From: Acaryochloris marina S15
GTDB lineage: Bacteria; Cyanobacteriota; Cyanobacteriia; Thermosynechococcales; Thermosynechococcaceae
DNA: 24,000 bases
Direction: 5' to 3'
Assembly: GCF_018336915.1 (NCBI RefSeq)
Contig: NZ_CP064923.1
Coordinates: forward strand, 2,380,701-2,404,700
The position numbers and the translations under genes were made by a program. How positions within the stretch are numbered: position 1 is the stretch's first letter; each line of letters begins with the position of its first letter. The notes under the pieces were generated by a model. That model ran no database searches. It saw only the letters and a program-made list of their open reading frames with translations, and was not told where the DNA came from. This document shows, in pieces, positions 1 through 8,900 of this stretch.

Positions 1-362
1 TAAGTAATCTGGATAATACCGCCCCAGGTACAAAAGCATTTAGACGTGCTATTCAACGCTGGAAAATTATTGATCAATACGGTTGGTGAACCTGGTGCCC
101 AAGGGGCAGGAATAACTGGAATACAGGGCATGGGGGTAAGGACTCCCAACGCTGCAGCCGTTGCCGAGGCTACGGTGGGATTCGCGAGAGAAGAACAAAC
201 GCCAAAGGGTGGAATATTGGCGATGGGAGCATAGTCCATGATGGTGGCAGCTGCGGGACCTCCCGTCAGATCGGGGGGACCTTTAGGAATCACGATCAAG
301 GAACTCGGTGCTGCACCAAATGAACATTGTAATGAAGCTCCCATGACGACCTGTTGAGCCAT
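1..362 (-). CDS. DUF4280-type PAAR-like spike-tip protein (3' end cut by window edge)
   Basis: It is absent from the ORF track because it runs off the edge. My reverse-strand translation from the ATG at 362-360 gives MAQQVVMGASLQCSFGAAPSSLIVIPKGPPDLTGGPAAATIMDYAPIANIPPFGVCSSLANPTVASATAAALGVLTPMPCIPVIPAPWAPGSPTVLINNFPALNSTSKCFCTWGGIIQIT, followed by a split codon TA?. The Cys spacing and the PFGxC..NP and CxCxWGGxI segments match my memory of DUF4280. A GGAGGAG Shine-Dalgarno lies at 369-375 (minus strand), and the gene starts 22 nt after the VgrG stop. Confidence 0.8.
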   Translation of the reverse strand, partial: MAQQVVMGASLQCSFGAAPSSLIVIPKGPPDLTGGPAAATIMDYAPIANIPPFGVCSSLANPTVASATAAALGVLTPMPCIPVIPAPWAPGSPTVLINNFPALNSTSKCFCTWGGIIQIT

Positions 363-384
363 TGCCTACTCCTCCTTGTCACTA

Positions 385-2343
385 TCAATTGATCTTTACG
401 ATTGAGCCTTTAATGCTATTTACCCCAGAGGCCTGAACAGTCACTAAGGCACCATCAATTTTAGTTTGGGCTGTCCCTTTCATAGCGGCCTGAACCCCTT
501 GAATCGTGACGCCAGAATTGCTCAATTCAATGGATGAGCTACCCACCTTTAGCGTAATCTTGGTCGTTGCTGTTAGGGTAATTTCGCCAGCGTTCAGGCT
601 AATTTTACGAGAACTACCGCTGGTTCCAGATTTAACATTGATATCTCCTGTCGAAATCATATCGATCTTGGCGGAGCCATTATCGTCTAGTAAGACTTTA
701 TGTCCTCCCTTGGATTTTATTTCTAACTTTTTACCTTGATCATCCAACCGGGCATAATGTCCTTCTTTTGTTTTTAATTCGGTGAACTTTTCACTGTCAT
801 TGAGATACAGATGGTGGCCATACACCGTATCTAAGTAAACTCCTTTTTTATTCGCATCTTTATCCTCTTCGACAAATTGGAGGGTATGGCCGGTGCGAGT
901 TTTCACGGTTCGTAGATTGACCTTGCCGTCAACAATGGAACTATCCACCTTCTCTGGGGGACTATCTTTGCCATTCCACACCCCACCCATAATGTAGGGA
1001 CGGTGAATATCACCATGTTCAAACCCCACCAGCACCTCATCATCCACTTCGGGTAAACAGTCAAAACCGCGATTCTTGCCTGCGCCGCTGGCAACCATTC
1101 TGGCCCAGTTACTTTCATGTTCCTCTGTCAGGGTGGGAAATTTCACTCGGACTCGCCCCCACCCTTTAGGGTCTTTGTTATTGGTGACTTTACCGACCAA
1201 TAGGGTTTGCCCTGCCTGCAGCCGTTGAGCAGGGGCCAGCGTTGATAATAAATCTCCTCCCCGCAATCCCCGCACACTGAACTCAGTGGAATAAACCCGA
1301 TCTTGGAATAAATGGCGCGTTTCCGTGATGTAGTATTTACCGCTGTATTTCCCCATATCTTTGAGTTGGACGACTTGCCCCGTTCTCAAGTCGGGATTGC
1401 CTTCAGCCCTGGCATCCGCCACTACAAATTCACCTCCCAACTCATCAATTAAAGCCTGGGCAATGGTATCGGCTTCTTTGGCACTAAAGACTGGTTGATC
1501 CACCACAATCATTTTGGGAGTCGTGGGTTTGCCATTAAAGACGGTGCTTTGCTTCTGGCCGGAGCCATGATCTGTTGAGGTTAGCAATTTCTCGACATTT
1601 TTAGTGGAAACGATGGCTTCCTTCCGTTCATAATCCCAACCCCGCACTTCAACACTTTTCACTTGCTCTGCACTGGTCACCCGCACCCGAAAGCTATGTA
1701 GATCTTTGAGCCAGGTGAGGGAAATATTGGAGTTGGCCTTGGGCTTCCGAAAATTCATCTTGCCGTCTTGAACATAGAGTTCAAACCCATTTCGAGCCGC
1801 TCTCTCCCGCAAAAATTCCATATTGGTTTGGTTCTCTTGAAAAATATAGTCATGGGGAGAACCGCTGTTATCAATGCTGCCAACGGGAATTCCGACTTCT
1901 CCAATCACTTTTTTGACAACATCGGTGTCGGTCATATTTTGGAAGGAGCGATTGTAGCGACCTCGATGGAGTCGATGGGAGATATCGTAACCGCGAATCA
2001 CAATGGGGGCTTGGGAACTGGAGGTGAAATTCGTCTCCATGCCCGTGATTTCTCCATCCAGCACATAGCCTTGATTCTGATCATCAAAGTCCTGAGCTGC
2101 GGTGGTACTGCCGCTAAAGCCAATTTTGATGGTTTTACCGATCTGCAAGAGATCGTCATATTGCCAAGGGGCATCAACGGAGCGTCCAGAAAAGTAGTCA
2201 TTCTTGATTACCAGGACAAACATCCCAGGTAAGTGCAAGCTTTCTTCCACAGAAATCTGGAGGATATCTTCCATCAGCTCATTGGATGCTGTTTTACCAT
2301 CAATCTCTAGAAGTGGCTCGGCAATATAGGTGGTTGCAGGCAT
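385..2343 (-). CDS. vgrG: VgrG / Afp8-like spike protein (gpD-like N-domain, gp5 OB-fold, C-terminal beta-helix)
   Basis: 652-aa ORF. It carries the OB-fold signature GKVTNNKDPKGWGRVRVKFPTL...NWARMVASGAGKNRGFDCLPEVDDEVLVGFEHGDIHRPYIMGGVWNG. The C-terminus has repetitive beta-helix-like sequence (KVLLDDNGSAKIDMISTGDINVKSG...ITLTATTKITLKVGSSSIELSNSGVTIQG). It sits between a tube-initiator gene and a PAAR-like gene. Confidence 0.9.
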   Translation of the reverse strand: MPATTYIAEPLLEIDGKTASNELMEDILQISVEESLHLPGMFVLVIKNDYFSGRSVDAPWQYDDLLQIGKTIKIGFSGSTTAAQDFDDQNQGYVLDGEITGMETNFTSSSQAPIVIRGYDISHRLHRGRYNRSFQNMTDTDVVKKVIGEVGIPVGSIDNSGSPHDYIFQENQTNMEFLRERAARNGFELYVQDGKMNFRKPKANSNISLTWLKDLHSFRVRVTSAEQVKSVEVRGWDYERKEAIVSTKNVEKLLTSTDHGSGQKQSTVFNGKPTTPKMIVVDQPVFSAKEADTIAQALIDELGGEFVVADARAEGNPDLRTGQVVQLKDMGKYSGKYYITETRHLFQDRVYSTEFSVRGLRGGDLLSTLAPAQRLQAGQTLLVGKVTNNKDPKGWGRVRVKFPTLTEEHESNWARMVASGAGKNRGFDCLPEVDDEVLVGFEHGDIHRPYIMGGVWNGKDSPPEKVDSSIVDGKVNLRTVKTRTGHTLQFVEEDKDANKKGVYLDTVYGHHLYLNDSEKFTELKTKEGHYARLDDQGKKLEIKSKGGHKVLLDDNGSAKIDMISTGDINVKSGTSGSSRKISLNAGEITLTATTKITLKVGSSSIELSNSGVTIQGVQAAMKGTAQTKIDGALVTVQASGVNSIKGSIVKIN

Positions 2344-2378
2344 AGGTGTAAACAGTTGGAGAATTGAATTTCAGTACT

Positions 2379-2957
2379 TTAGCGACCAAAGGTTGTCCGG
2401 TTGGAGCGACTATCCTGGGAGCGATTGGGGGAGGCAGACTGACTCCCTCCTGCACCTAGGCTGGACTCATCTATTTCCTTCAAGGACATATCGACCCGGG
2501 CTTGGACCGGTGTTCCATCAGGCAAGAATAAGGTGAGTTTGTAAGTAATTTGTTCGACAAAACACCGCAGATATTGCTGGTCTCCCCAAGTGAAGATATA
2601 GATAGGCGGTCGTTTGTTGGCAGCGTCACCACTGTCATCAAAATCCAAGGCTTTAATCAGTTTGCTGACATAGGCATCGATCACGCTTGTACCTTGTTCG
2701 TAGGTATCAAACAATATATTGCTTAAGGACAAAGAGCAGGCTTCCGGGTAGGCAAAGGTGACTTTGGGTAATCCCTTAGCGGTTCGTGCCCCTTGGCTTT
2801 CATTCAGGCGCATTGACTGCTGAAAGACCAATTCAGTGGGGTTGAACATAAATTCAATATCTTTACTCTTGTCCGTGGGTTGGTGGACTAAGGTTGCCTT
2901 GGCTAACTTGCCAGAGGCAACGGCACTGTTATTGCTGCGAGAGCCACTATAGGTCAT
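2379..2957 (-). CDS. CIS tube-initiator protein (Afp7/Pvc7-like N-terminal tube domain), no LysM domain
   Basis: 192-aa ORF. The segments FMFNPTELVFQQS..., LFDTYEQGTSV..., PPIYIFTWGDQQYLRCFVEQITYKLTLFLPDGTPVQARVDMSLKEI match the conserved pattern I recall for proteins usually annotated as 'LysM peptidoglycan-binding / CIS tube protein' upstream of eCIS VgrG genes. The C-terminus here is low complexity (SSLGAGGSQSASPNRSQDSRSNR) rather than a LysM domain. Confidence 0.8.
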   Translation of the reverse strand: MTYSGSRSNNSAVASGKLAKATLVHQPTDKSKDIEFMFNPTELVFQQSMRLNESQGARTAKGLPKVTFAYPEACSLSLSNILFDTYEQGTSVIDAYVSKLIKALDFDDSGDAANKRPPIYIFTWGDQQYLRCFVEQITYKLTLFLPDGTPVQARVDMSLKEIDESSLGAGGSQSASPNRSQDSRSNRTTFGR

Positions 2958-2986
2958 GGGTATGGTTCAACCTCTTCATTTAATGT

Positions 2987-5900
2987 TCACCAAGGTAAGC
3001 GACCAGAATGATACCCTCCATGTCTCTCTCGCTCCACTTCCAGCCGCTGTCGGAGGATATGATAGATCTCCCTGGCTAAGATCTCGAAGCTTTGCTCATC
3101 TACTTTGGATGCGGTTGAAGTGTCGGTGTGGGATTGACGCATCACCACTTCTGTCGTTTGTAGAGGGGATGAGACTGGAGGAGGGGCAGCTAGAGCCTTT
3201 TGCAAGGTTTGAGCAGTCCGCCGGACAGATGCTGTTTTTCTTTGGACTCGCTTTTCTGGGTGAATTCCAGTGGGAGTGAGAACTAAATCTGAAGTGTCTT
3301 CAGGTACTGGGGTTTGTGGCTCTGCTTGGCGTTGGATGGCTGATGGCGATTGGACTGTGAATAGGTCTTCGATACTAGACCAGTTTGAGGGTAGTGCTGA
3401 GGGTTGGATTGTGGGTGCGATCGCATTCTCCGTATTCGCCTCAAAATCCTCCTCAGATAGCGCCGTGTCACCAGGGCTTAGATCTAATGGAATATTCGGG
3501 CGTTGCAAATGGCTGAGTTTTTGAGCACGATGCTGACGATTCGACTGGCTGGCAGGCCATAGGCTACTGATTAATTTCGGAGCAACAAAATTGTCGGCAA
3601 TGCTGGAAAGGGGAGAAGGCGCTTGGCCAGTCGCCAATAACTGGGCAACGGTTAGGTCTGGAGAATTCTCCTGTGGTAGTTCTAATTCAGGTGGTTGTGC
3701 TGCTATCTCAATGACTCGGCGTTGGCGCAAATCTGTAGAGTCAGGCTGAGCATTTATCTGATCTATCTTCAGCGCATCGAGAGTACCGCCTGATGGGTCT
3801 TGGTGCTGAATCGTAGGCTTAATGGGGGGCGATGATAATGGCTGGGTTGAAGCAAGTGAAGAGTCCGAACGATCTGCATCCGAAATCTGAATCTTTGAAT
3901 CAGGTGTTACTTGAGGCGGTTCTGCAACTTCAGATTTTTGTACAATGTTGGAGGAGATTTCTGTATGAGCAGGGTCAAACTCTGTTTCTACCTGAGAAGA
4001 GTGGCTCTCTGAATTCTTTTGAAGGATCTGATTCTCGTTGAGATCAGAGGATGGACTTGACGATATATCTTGACTGGGTAAATTAGCATTTTCGATGCTT
4101 CCATCAGGACGTTGAGCTGTAATTTCAATAACCCGACGGTGAAGAGACTCTACCTTGTCCGGTTGAGACTGGATGCTTTCTACTTTTTGAGGTGACGAAT
4201 CAGCAATATTTTCAGTTGGAAGTTGTTGTAAGTCTGGAGTTTTGGTGTCAGAAATACTCGGTTTGGCTAAGGGGGCCGGAGTAGCCTGATCCGAACGGGT
4301 TGTTGGGGTGGGTAGATCTGAACCTATCTTTGTCTTTGAAATTGTACTGGGCTGATGTGCAGACTGGATAATTTCTGATGCGTCTGAAATGTCAGTAAGA
4401 GCTGTATTAGAATCGTGAGACTGCTCAATGCTGGATGCTTGGATGGCAGGCTCTATAGTTGCTTCAGGCAAGTTATTGGGAGGTGATGTATCAACAGTTG
4501 GAGAGATGTGGCTATTTGGTGTAGCTTGCTGTTGTTCGGGCTGGTCTATTGACTGGGAAGGTTGGCTGTCTGGGGTTGGCTGGATTGAAAGAATATCTCT
4601 AGTATCTGGAGGTGATTCTTGGATGCGATCGCAATTATCATACGATTGCCCATTGCTTCCTTTCTGTAGCTGTGCTTCAACCGCGGGTTGGACAACAGAA
4701 ATCTCCACAGCCTGAATCGGAACGGTAGATGTTTGCTTTGATAACAACTTCGATATTTCTGTATTGGGTTCTGTTTGAGCAGAAGTCTTGTCTAGGACAG
4801 GAGTTTCCGGGGCTTTAGCCTGAGCATGTAACGGTTTGCTGGCATCACTGACATCCTTTCTTCGAGCAACTAATGGCTGATCACTATTTGATTGAGTCTC
4901 AATCTTTCGCTGAACGATGTTGCCCGTCTCAGCGATGCTAGCAGTATCACTGGTATTGCTTGGAGCTTGTGGCACATTATTTTCTTGAGATTCAAGAATC
5001 TTGGCATTCTGAGTGGCAGCAATAGCCGTATGGTCGGGCGCGTTTACCTTGAGGTCTGATTCAGATAAGCTTTGGTCTGATACTGTCTCTTTCGGTGGAT
5101 TTACGTTGGCTTGAATCGTTGGGGAAGCACTATTCGATACGTTGTCGTCTTGTTTCGGACTTTGAGATGTGTTGATATTAGTGCTATCCAGATTTTGACT
5201 AGTAGCTTCTGAGAGGTTAACTTCTATAACTACCTTTGGACTCTCTCTGTCGTCACTTTGCTTACTCTTCTTGGAAAGCTGAACCTGTTCTTCACTGAAT
5301 TCCTGGATAGATAAATCTGAGCCAGCGGGAAGCTGTTGTTGAGTTTGGCTAGTGATCGATGGCTGTTCAACCTTAGTTTGAACGGAGACTTCACTAATGG
5401 GAGGACGTTCTGGAGGATGCGATTCTGTTTCTAGAACATGTTGATCCAGAAAGTTTGGGGTTGGAGCGTTAGGTATATCGGGTTGAGATTGCTCCTGTAT
5501 AGTTTGTCGCTGGAGTAGGTTGTCTGGATCGCTGGTATTTGATACTTCTGAGTTTTCATCAGAGTCTGTGGACTCCTGTAACGATAGTTCAGCTTGAGAA
5601 AGTGAATGTGAACTTGGGGGGATAGCAGCTTTGGATTGTTTTATTCGATCATCAGCATTGTCGAGTTGTGATGATTGCTGATGAGTGACGTCCTGACGTT
5701 GAATAGAGTTATTAGTACTTGGAATTGAGGTCGCTTGATTGATCGCCTCACTTTGAGTAATGGAATTCTTCTGAGGGGAAAGTTGAATGGAATCTGAGGT
5801 GGGCAGAGAAGACAGCTCTGTTCGGTGCTGAAGGTTCGGTTCGCTAAAGGAGCTAGAACTTTCAGAATCCAAGGGCTTAGAGTTTATTTCCTCAGCTGGG

Positions 5901-8900
5901 ATAGGCTGCTTTTGAATAATTTCTGCTGTGGATGAGTGTCGTTTAATTGAGCTATCAGCTAAGGGAGAAGGAACCTCAGAGGGCTGTATGGAAGAGTGGG
6001 GTGTGTTTCTTGAAGGCTGGTCAGAGACTATTGGAGCGCGGGTCGAAGCTGCCTCGCTCCCATCGCCCGTGTCATGCTGCCTTTGGACCACTGCTGTATG
6101 TCCAGTGGTCGGTGATGATTGTGTGGGTACGTTTGGTCGTTCTAAAGGGTTGGACTGATGTGTCGATGGCGATGTTTCCTCTTGTTCAGTCAGTAAAGTT
6201 GGTCTGAGAGTTGTATCAGCTCCTGTATTCTCACTAGAAATTTTTGCGGGAGACGACGCTAGGTTCTGCTTGTTTGTCTGGCGTTTTGACTTTGTCTTTT
6301 TAGGCCTTAAGTTTGCCAACTGCTGGACAATGGTTGTACCTATTTTTGAGATATGGGAATTGAGGGAGAGATTGCGACTTTGAGATGATTTTGGTGTTGA
6401 GCCACGGTTTTCTGAACCTCGACTCGATACATCGGTTATTGGCTGTTCTGAGCTTGTTGAGGTTATCTCAGAGCTATCTGGAGTCCTTTGTATAGAGTCC
6501 TCATTGCCTGATGGCAAAGCTGGCTCATTTTGTCCTGAATCTTTTGGTGGCTGAGGAGTCTTTGCTTTATCAACAGAGCTAGCTTGAATAATTGGCTCAG
6601 TTGTGGATTCTGGTGGATTATTAGTGTCTTTTGCTGGGGAAGGAGGGATGGCGGGATTTACATCCGTTTGAACAAGACTTTCTGTTGCCGGGTTAGATGT
6701 AGAGGTTAGCTGTACCGAATCAGTCAATAATGGTTGTTCATTGCCATACACTTTGTCTGAACTAGGCTCAGCAGAGGCCTGAATATTATCTCTATTAAGC
6801 TCAGGAACATCTGCAGATTGTAGGGAGATGTTTTTCTGTGCAACTTCGGATGAGGTCGCTGGTTCAACTGAGCCAGCTTCCTGACATTGTATGGATTGAG
6901 GTAATTGCCTCCTCGAACTTTGTTTTCGGATCGACCGATCAACCCTCTCTTTAATTTCTGAACCTAGATTTGTGATTCTATCTGCGAATTGATTTTGAGT
7001 GGTTTGCCATCCAGGCTGGGCAGCATTGGGTTGTGCTTCTCCTTGGGCAACAAGTGCTGGGTTATGCCCTTCCCGTGGGGAAGATTCCTCAATACTATTT
7101 GGGGTAGGGAAGTCTACTTGCTCAGAAGGAAGAGGGGTCGGTATTGAGGATTGTGATGCTTCAGCTTTTTGTACCGTTGGTAATTCTTGGGTTTGGAGAT
7201 TTTCATCAGCAGTGACATCGGTGAGTCGACCTGACTGATTCTTGGGATGCTCTTGTTCGTTTGAACTAAGTTTAGATTTTGAATGAATAGCTGTATCTGG
7301 AACTGTATTGGGTGAAAATGGCTTAGCCTGAATGTCTGATTGAATAGATGTTACAGCGTTTTTATCTACAGCTTTACCACCACTACCTTGCGATGGCGAT
7401 GTATCTTCACCTACCGATTTTTGAGGCGAGACAGGGTTGATGGTCTGGTCTTTACGATTCTGCTCTGAGTTTTTGGATAAAAACTGCTGCTGTCTTTGGA
7501 GCGGATTGGACTCTTCATTTGGCTGAGGTTCAAGTTGGCGACTAACCGTATCCATGACCTGTTGACTGAAACGCGTCAGTCGTTGCAGGGGTTGAACTGG
7601 GAAGGGTCCCCGCGTCTTTGCTTTTGACCGAGACGAACTAGACTCAGCATTAGAAGTAACATCTGATGATGAGGTAGGTTTTTGCTGATCGGCACTCCCC
7701 TCGGGTGTGGATGATTCAGATTTAATTTGATCCGGTCTAGATGCCTTGGAGTCTGAGGTGGACTCAGTCCCCTCATTAGGACCAGCGATTGAATTAGGAT
7801 GTTTGTCTTGATGAATCGTTGGCTCAGACATTCCAAGAGACTTCGTTTGTAGTGGAGTGGAAGGCGAATGTTCTTGGGGTAAGTCTATAGACTCAGGAAT
7901 TGCTTGAACAGTTGGAGAATTCTCTTCATAGTCAGCATTCTCAGTGTTCACTGACAGCAGTTTTTCTTGGGACAGTTCTTGAGAAGGAGCTTTCTCTACA
8001 GCCTTTGTTCCTGTTTGGACTAGAGATACTTCAGAGGATGATTGTTTTGAGTCAGGGGACGATTTGGCTTGAAGCAATGGAGCGTTTGACAGTGGAGGTG
8101 AATCATTCGTGGATTTCTGTACCTCATTGGCCTTAGCTCTAGATTTACCAACAGGGAGTGATTGAGATGCCTGCTTAAGCTGAATACCAACTTTATTAAT
8201 ATCCTGTTGGGCTCGTTTCCCCATTCGCGAGAGCTGAGCTTGTAAGGGAAGCTTTTTCTGTTTGCTTTTTTTACTTTGTTTCGTTTGTTTTTTTTCAGGT
8301 GCTTTAGTAGATGCCTGAGGAGTTAAATCGTCTGCTCGTTGAATAGCTGTTGACTGTACCGCTTCCCCATCAATTTTTTCTGAAGTGCTGGGTATAGAAG
8401 GACTCTCAACGGATGGGAGGTTGTTACTAGGATTAATGCGGTTAGTCTCTACCTTTGGTATCTGTGGGTGATCCGTAGAAGACTGCTGAACAGCCGAACT
8501 TTCTGAGTTTTGAATAGTTGTTGTCTCTGTGGAGCTATCAGAAGTCTTGGCCGTTGAACTGGGTGGCTCGGAATTCTTAAGCAGTAAAGACTCATCATCT
8601 GGAGATTGTTGAGGAGATGCTGGGGTGACTGTTTGAACAATTGTTGTCTTGATGGGGGTTTCGTTAGTCTTGGGCTTAGGGCTAGGTGTTACAGGAGTTT
8701 CAATTGATGAACCACGATCAATTGAGTGACTTGGGTTAGCTTCTACTTTTGAGTTAGCGAGGGAAGCCTGTGAACGGCTAGTTTGCAGTTCATTTGGAGA
8801 AATAGGAGATGACTGTATAGTCCGCTTAGCAGGTAGATCTGTGGTGATGTCAGTCGCTTGTTCAGTGGGTGGAGTGGTTAGCTCGATGTCTTGAGCAGTC

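Noticed and set aside
46-234. 62-aa plus-strand ORF from the track
   Set aside because: It lies antisense within the well-supported DUF4280 gene. It has a Gly/Ala-rich shadow-frame composition, no Shine-Dalgarno and no recognisable family.
1768-2232. 154-aa plus-strand ORF, plus other short ORFs at 506-739, 903-1118, 1998-2201 and 2330-2536
   Set aside because: All are embedded in or antisense to the VgrG gene, which has strong family signatures. They are shadow ORFs.
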